From Octopus bimaculoides (taxonomy: Eukaryota): 64,000 nt of DNA. Below the pieces are notes generated by a model. That model ran no database searches. It had not been told where the DNA came from and was given only the letters and a program-made list of their open reading frames with translations. How positions within the stretch are numbered: the stretch's first letter is position 1; each line of letters begins with the position of its first letter. Positions 61,242-64,000 of the stretch are shown piece by piece. Made by a program: the position numbers and the translations under genes. The stretch lies in the NCBI RefSeq assembly GCF_001194135.2, contig NC_068992.1, forward strand, positions 27,799,936 through 27,863,935, written 5' to 3'.

Positions 61242-63219
61242 CTTAGGCTGTTTTGCATCCATTTTCCATGGTTTATTTGTTCAAATCAATGCTTTCATTA
61301 CTGGATACTCAGTCTAGTGCAAGCCACACACACACATATATATATATATATACATATATTTATATATCATGTTTAGTCTTTAAATCCAACTAGAGAAAAC
61401 AACAAACTTACTTCAGCCTTATTAAATTTCCTCAACGAAGTATATTCTATTTAACTGGCAAGAATAAAAGAGATCAATAATCAATAATATATACACACAG
61501 CAATAATGGTGATGCAGTGATATTGATTATGAATATCTACCATGGGGTTCAGGGGAAATACCTCAAGGGAACATTCTACATAGTTCAGCCCACATATTCT
61601 CTCCCTAACATTCCCTAAGCTCATTCCATCTCAAAAGACCTTACCAAAACTTCTTCTGCCTCTTGTGTTCCTTCTCTCCCACCCCACTCATACATATTCA
61701 TAAGTTATGTACTTTTATCTTCTTGCATTTTTCTTTTTTCTTTTAATTGCTTCAGTTATTAGGCTGTGGCCATGCTGGGGCACTGCCTTGAAGAATTTAA
61801 ACCAAAAGGCATCAAAGTCAGTACTTATTCTTTTGTTAACCCTGGTACTTATGTTATTGTGTGTGTCTTCGTGTCTGTATTTATCCACTACCACTGCTTG
61901 GCAATTGGTGTTAAGCTACAGGGACATAAGTTACACCAACACCAATTGCCAAGTAATGGTGGGGGTACATGAACACACACACACACACACACACACACAG
62001 ATATCATCATCATCATCATCTAATGCCTGGTTTCCTTGCTGGCATGGGTTGGACAGTTTGACAAGGGGCTGGCAAGCAGGGAGCTGTCCAGACTCCAATT
62101 GTCTGTTGTGGCAAGGCTTCTATGGCCTAATGCCAACCACTAAATAGAGTGTGCTGGGAGCTTTTAACGTCCACTGGCATGGAAAAATTGAGAGTTAGCA
62201 CATGTGGGAATTGAACTCACATCTCTTATTTCCACGACAAAAATACAGACCTATTACACCAACATAGACACACACACACACACATATGCACACACACACA
62301 CATGCACACGCACGCATGCACACGCACAAACACACATATACACATGCACATACACATATATATGTATATATACAATGAGCTTCTTTCAGTTTCCATTTAC
62401 CAAATCCACTCACAAGGCTTTGGTCAGCCTAAGGCTATAGTAGAAGATACTTGCACAAGGTGCCACACAGTGGGACTGAACCCGGAACCCTGCAGCTGGG
62501 AAGCAATCTTCTTACCACACAGCTACATCTGTGCCTGTATTGTCCGATTCATAAGAGATAACTGAATAGTGAATGGATGGCTGAACTGCCAAGCTCAAAA
62601 TAAACGACCTTGAGCTGAGTTAATCAATGAATTAAAATGCATCGATGATATCACTTGAGAGCAAGTATGATCCTTCGGAATGGAAACAGTACATTGTATG
62701 ATCAATTGAGTGAAAGACAGAAAAAAAAAGAGGAAAACAATGAAATCTATTGATTGGTTTTGTGGTTCAGAAGAAATTGGAAATGAATGCTGATAGTCAA
62801 TTGGATTATTGTAAGTAATGCGTAGCTTAGTTACCATAGCAACAGCACCGTGATAATGTTTCAGTACAATAATTATTAATTTTTCCAGATATGTTTTAAT
62901 GTTTGTAGCAATTAATGGCTATTATCTCTTGACTAATTGATTTCATTGATAATTACAACTGTCTCAGTTTCTTCTTTAATATTAGAGGTCTTTATGTTGT
63001 ACTCAATCTATTAGAAATAGTAATCAAATTTCATTCAAATTATAAAAAAGGAAGGACATATTAGATAATGTAGTCCCTGTTATACAAATTAATGGGATGG
63101 TTATGGCAGGAAGGCTTTTAATTATAAGTCTGCTTCATCAGGTCTGCTTGATTGGGAAATACAGCTTTTAATAAACTGAGCCAATGAGAGAGTCATTCAA
63201 TAGTCAGGCAACGTCTTAT

Positions 63220-63712
63220 CTTAAACTAGGGTTTGCAGGACATCCTTGTCGAGTTCTACATATCTTCTAGGATGAGGCTCGTCTTCTAGCTGTAGTTTCC
63301 AGCTCGGAATTTCTGGAACCACCATTGACAATGGCATACGCCTAATGTTTGATCCCCGTATACTGTATTAATATTCCTCACACTTTCCATTGCATTGTTA
63401 CCTTTATTATATTCACAAAGCAAAAAATGCTGAATATGCTCCTTTGCCACTTCCATTATAGCTTCGAAAAAATAACTGTTAAAATCAAAAACTGCACTCT
63501 TCAAAACTTGCACTAAGAATAAGGGCAAGGTAAAATTACTACCTGCTTTTACAACAAGTTGATAGAGGTAATTTATCCCATCCCCTTCCAACTTTTAATT
63601 CATGCAACTGAAAAAACCACATTATTTATGGGATGATTCAATATTTATACATATGCATGCAACCACTGAAAATTTCTGAACTGGAGTTCAATAAAAAGTT
63701 AGGGACCTTAGA
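63220..63712 (-). mobile_element. Mariner transposase N-terminal (HTH) remnant
   Basis: MEVAKEHIQHFLLCEYNKGNNAMESVRNINTVYGDQ...WFQKFRAGNYS, then a frameshift, then EDEPHPRRYVELDKDVLQTLV (63222-63456). The 5' boundary is approximate. Confidence 0.85.
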
Positions 63713-64000
63713 TCTGTGATCTTTCAGTCAAAGTCTACATTTATTCGATCCATTCATATGAGGAATGGATTTCTCAACTACTTTCCATTTAATCACATGC
63801 GGTGTTTCATTATCATCCAATTTCGAAAAGAGACATATGTATATAATTTATATCCAGATATATATATATATACATGCTTGTATATCCATGTATATATACC
63901 TTTATATCCATGTACACACGTGCAACTAGTTGGTATATATGATTATATATCCACATATACATACATGTAACTATTTGGTAGTTTTTTAATATTTAAGTTG

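Overview
AT-rich, repeat-dense eukaryotic genomic DNA with many N gaps and microsatellites. The SINE/LINE families resemble octopus (cephalopod) repeats as I recall them; this is inferred, not verified. There are no prokaryotic features, rRNA, true tRNA genes or CRISPR. One host gene runs on the minus strand across most of the window. It has two candidate first exons near 46-49 kb, then a phase-consistent chain of very short exons (10-81 nt) down to at least 12.3 kb; I cannot identify the product. The introns hold tRNA-derived SINEs, RTE, R4/Dong-like and CR1-like LINE fragments, hAT and TTAA MITEs, and mariner and maT (DD37D) transposon relics. The best find is a 1417-bp element at 27989-29405 inserted into the maT transposase. 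It has a 5-bp TSD, CACATTG (RSS-heptamer-like) ends and a degenerate RAG1L/Transib-like C-terminus with a CxxCxxxGH motif, so it looks like a RAG-like transposon relic. Other notable items are five hammerhead-ribozyme-like motifs (probably Penelope/retrozyme relics), an 850-bp foldback with head-to-head telomeric repeats, and a LINE 3' end encoding three C2H2 fingers.
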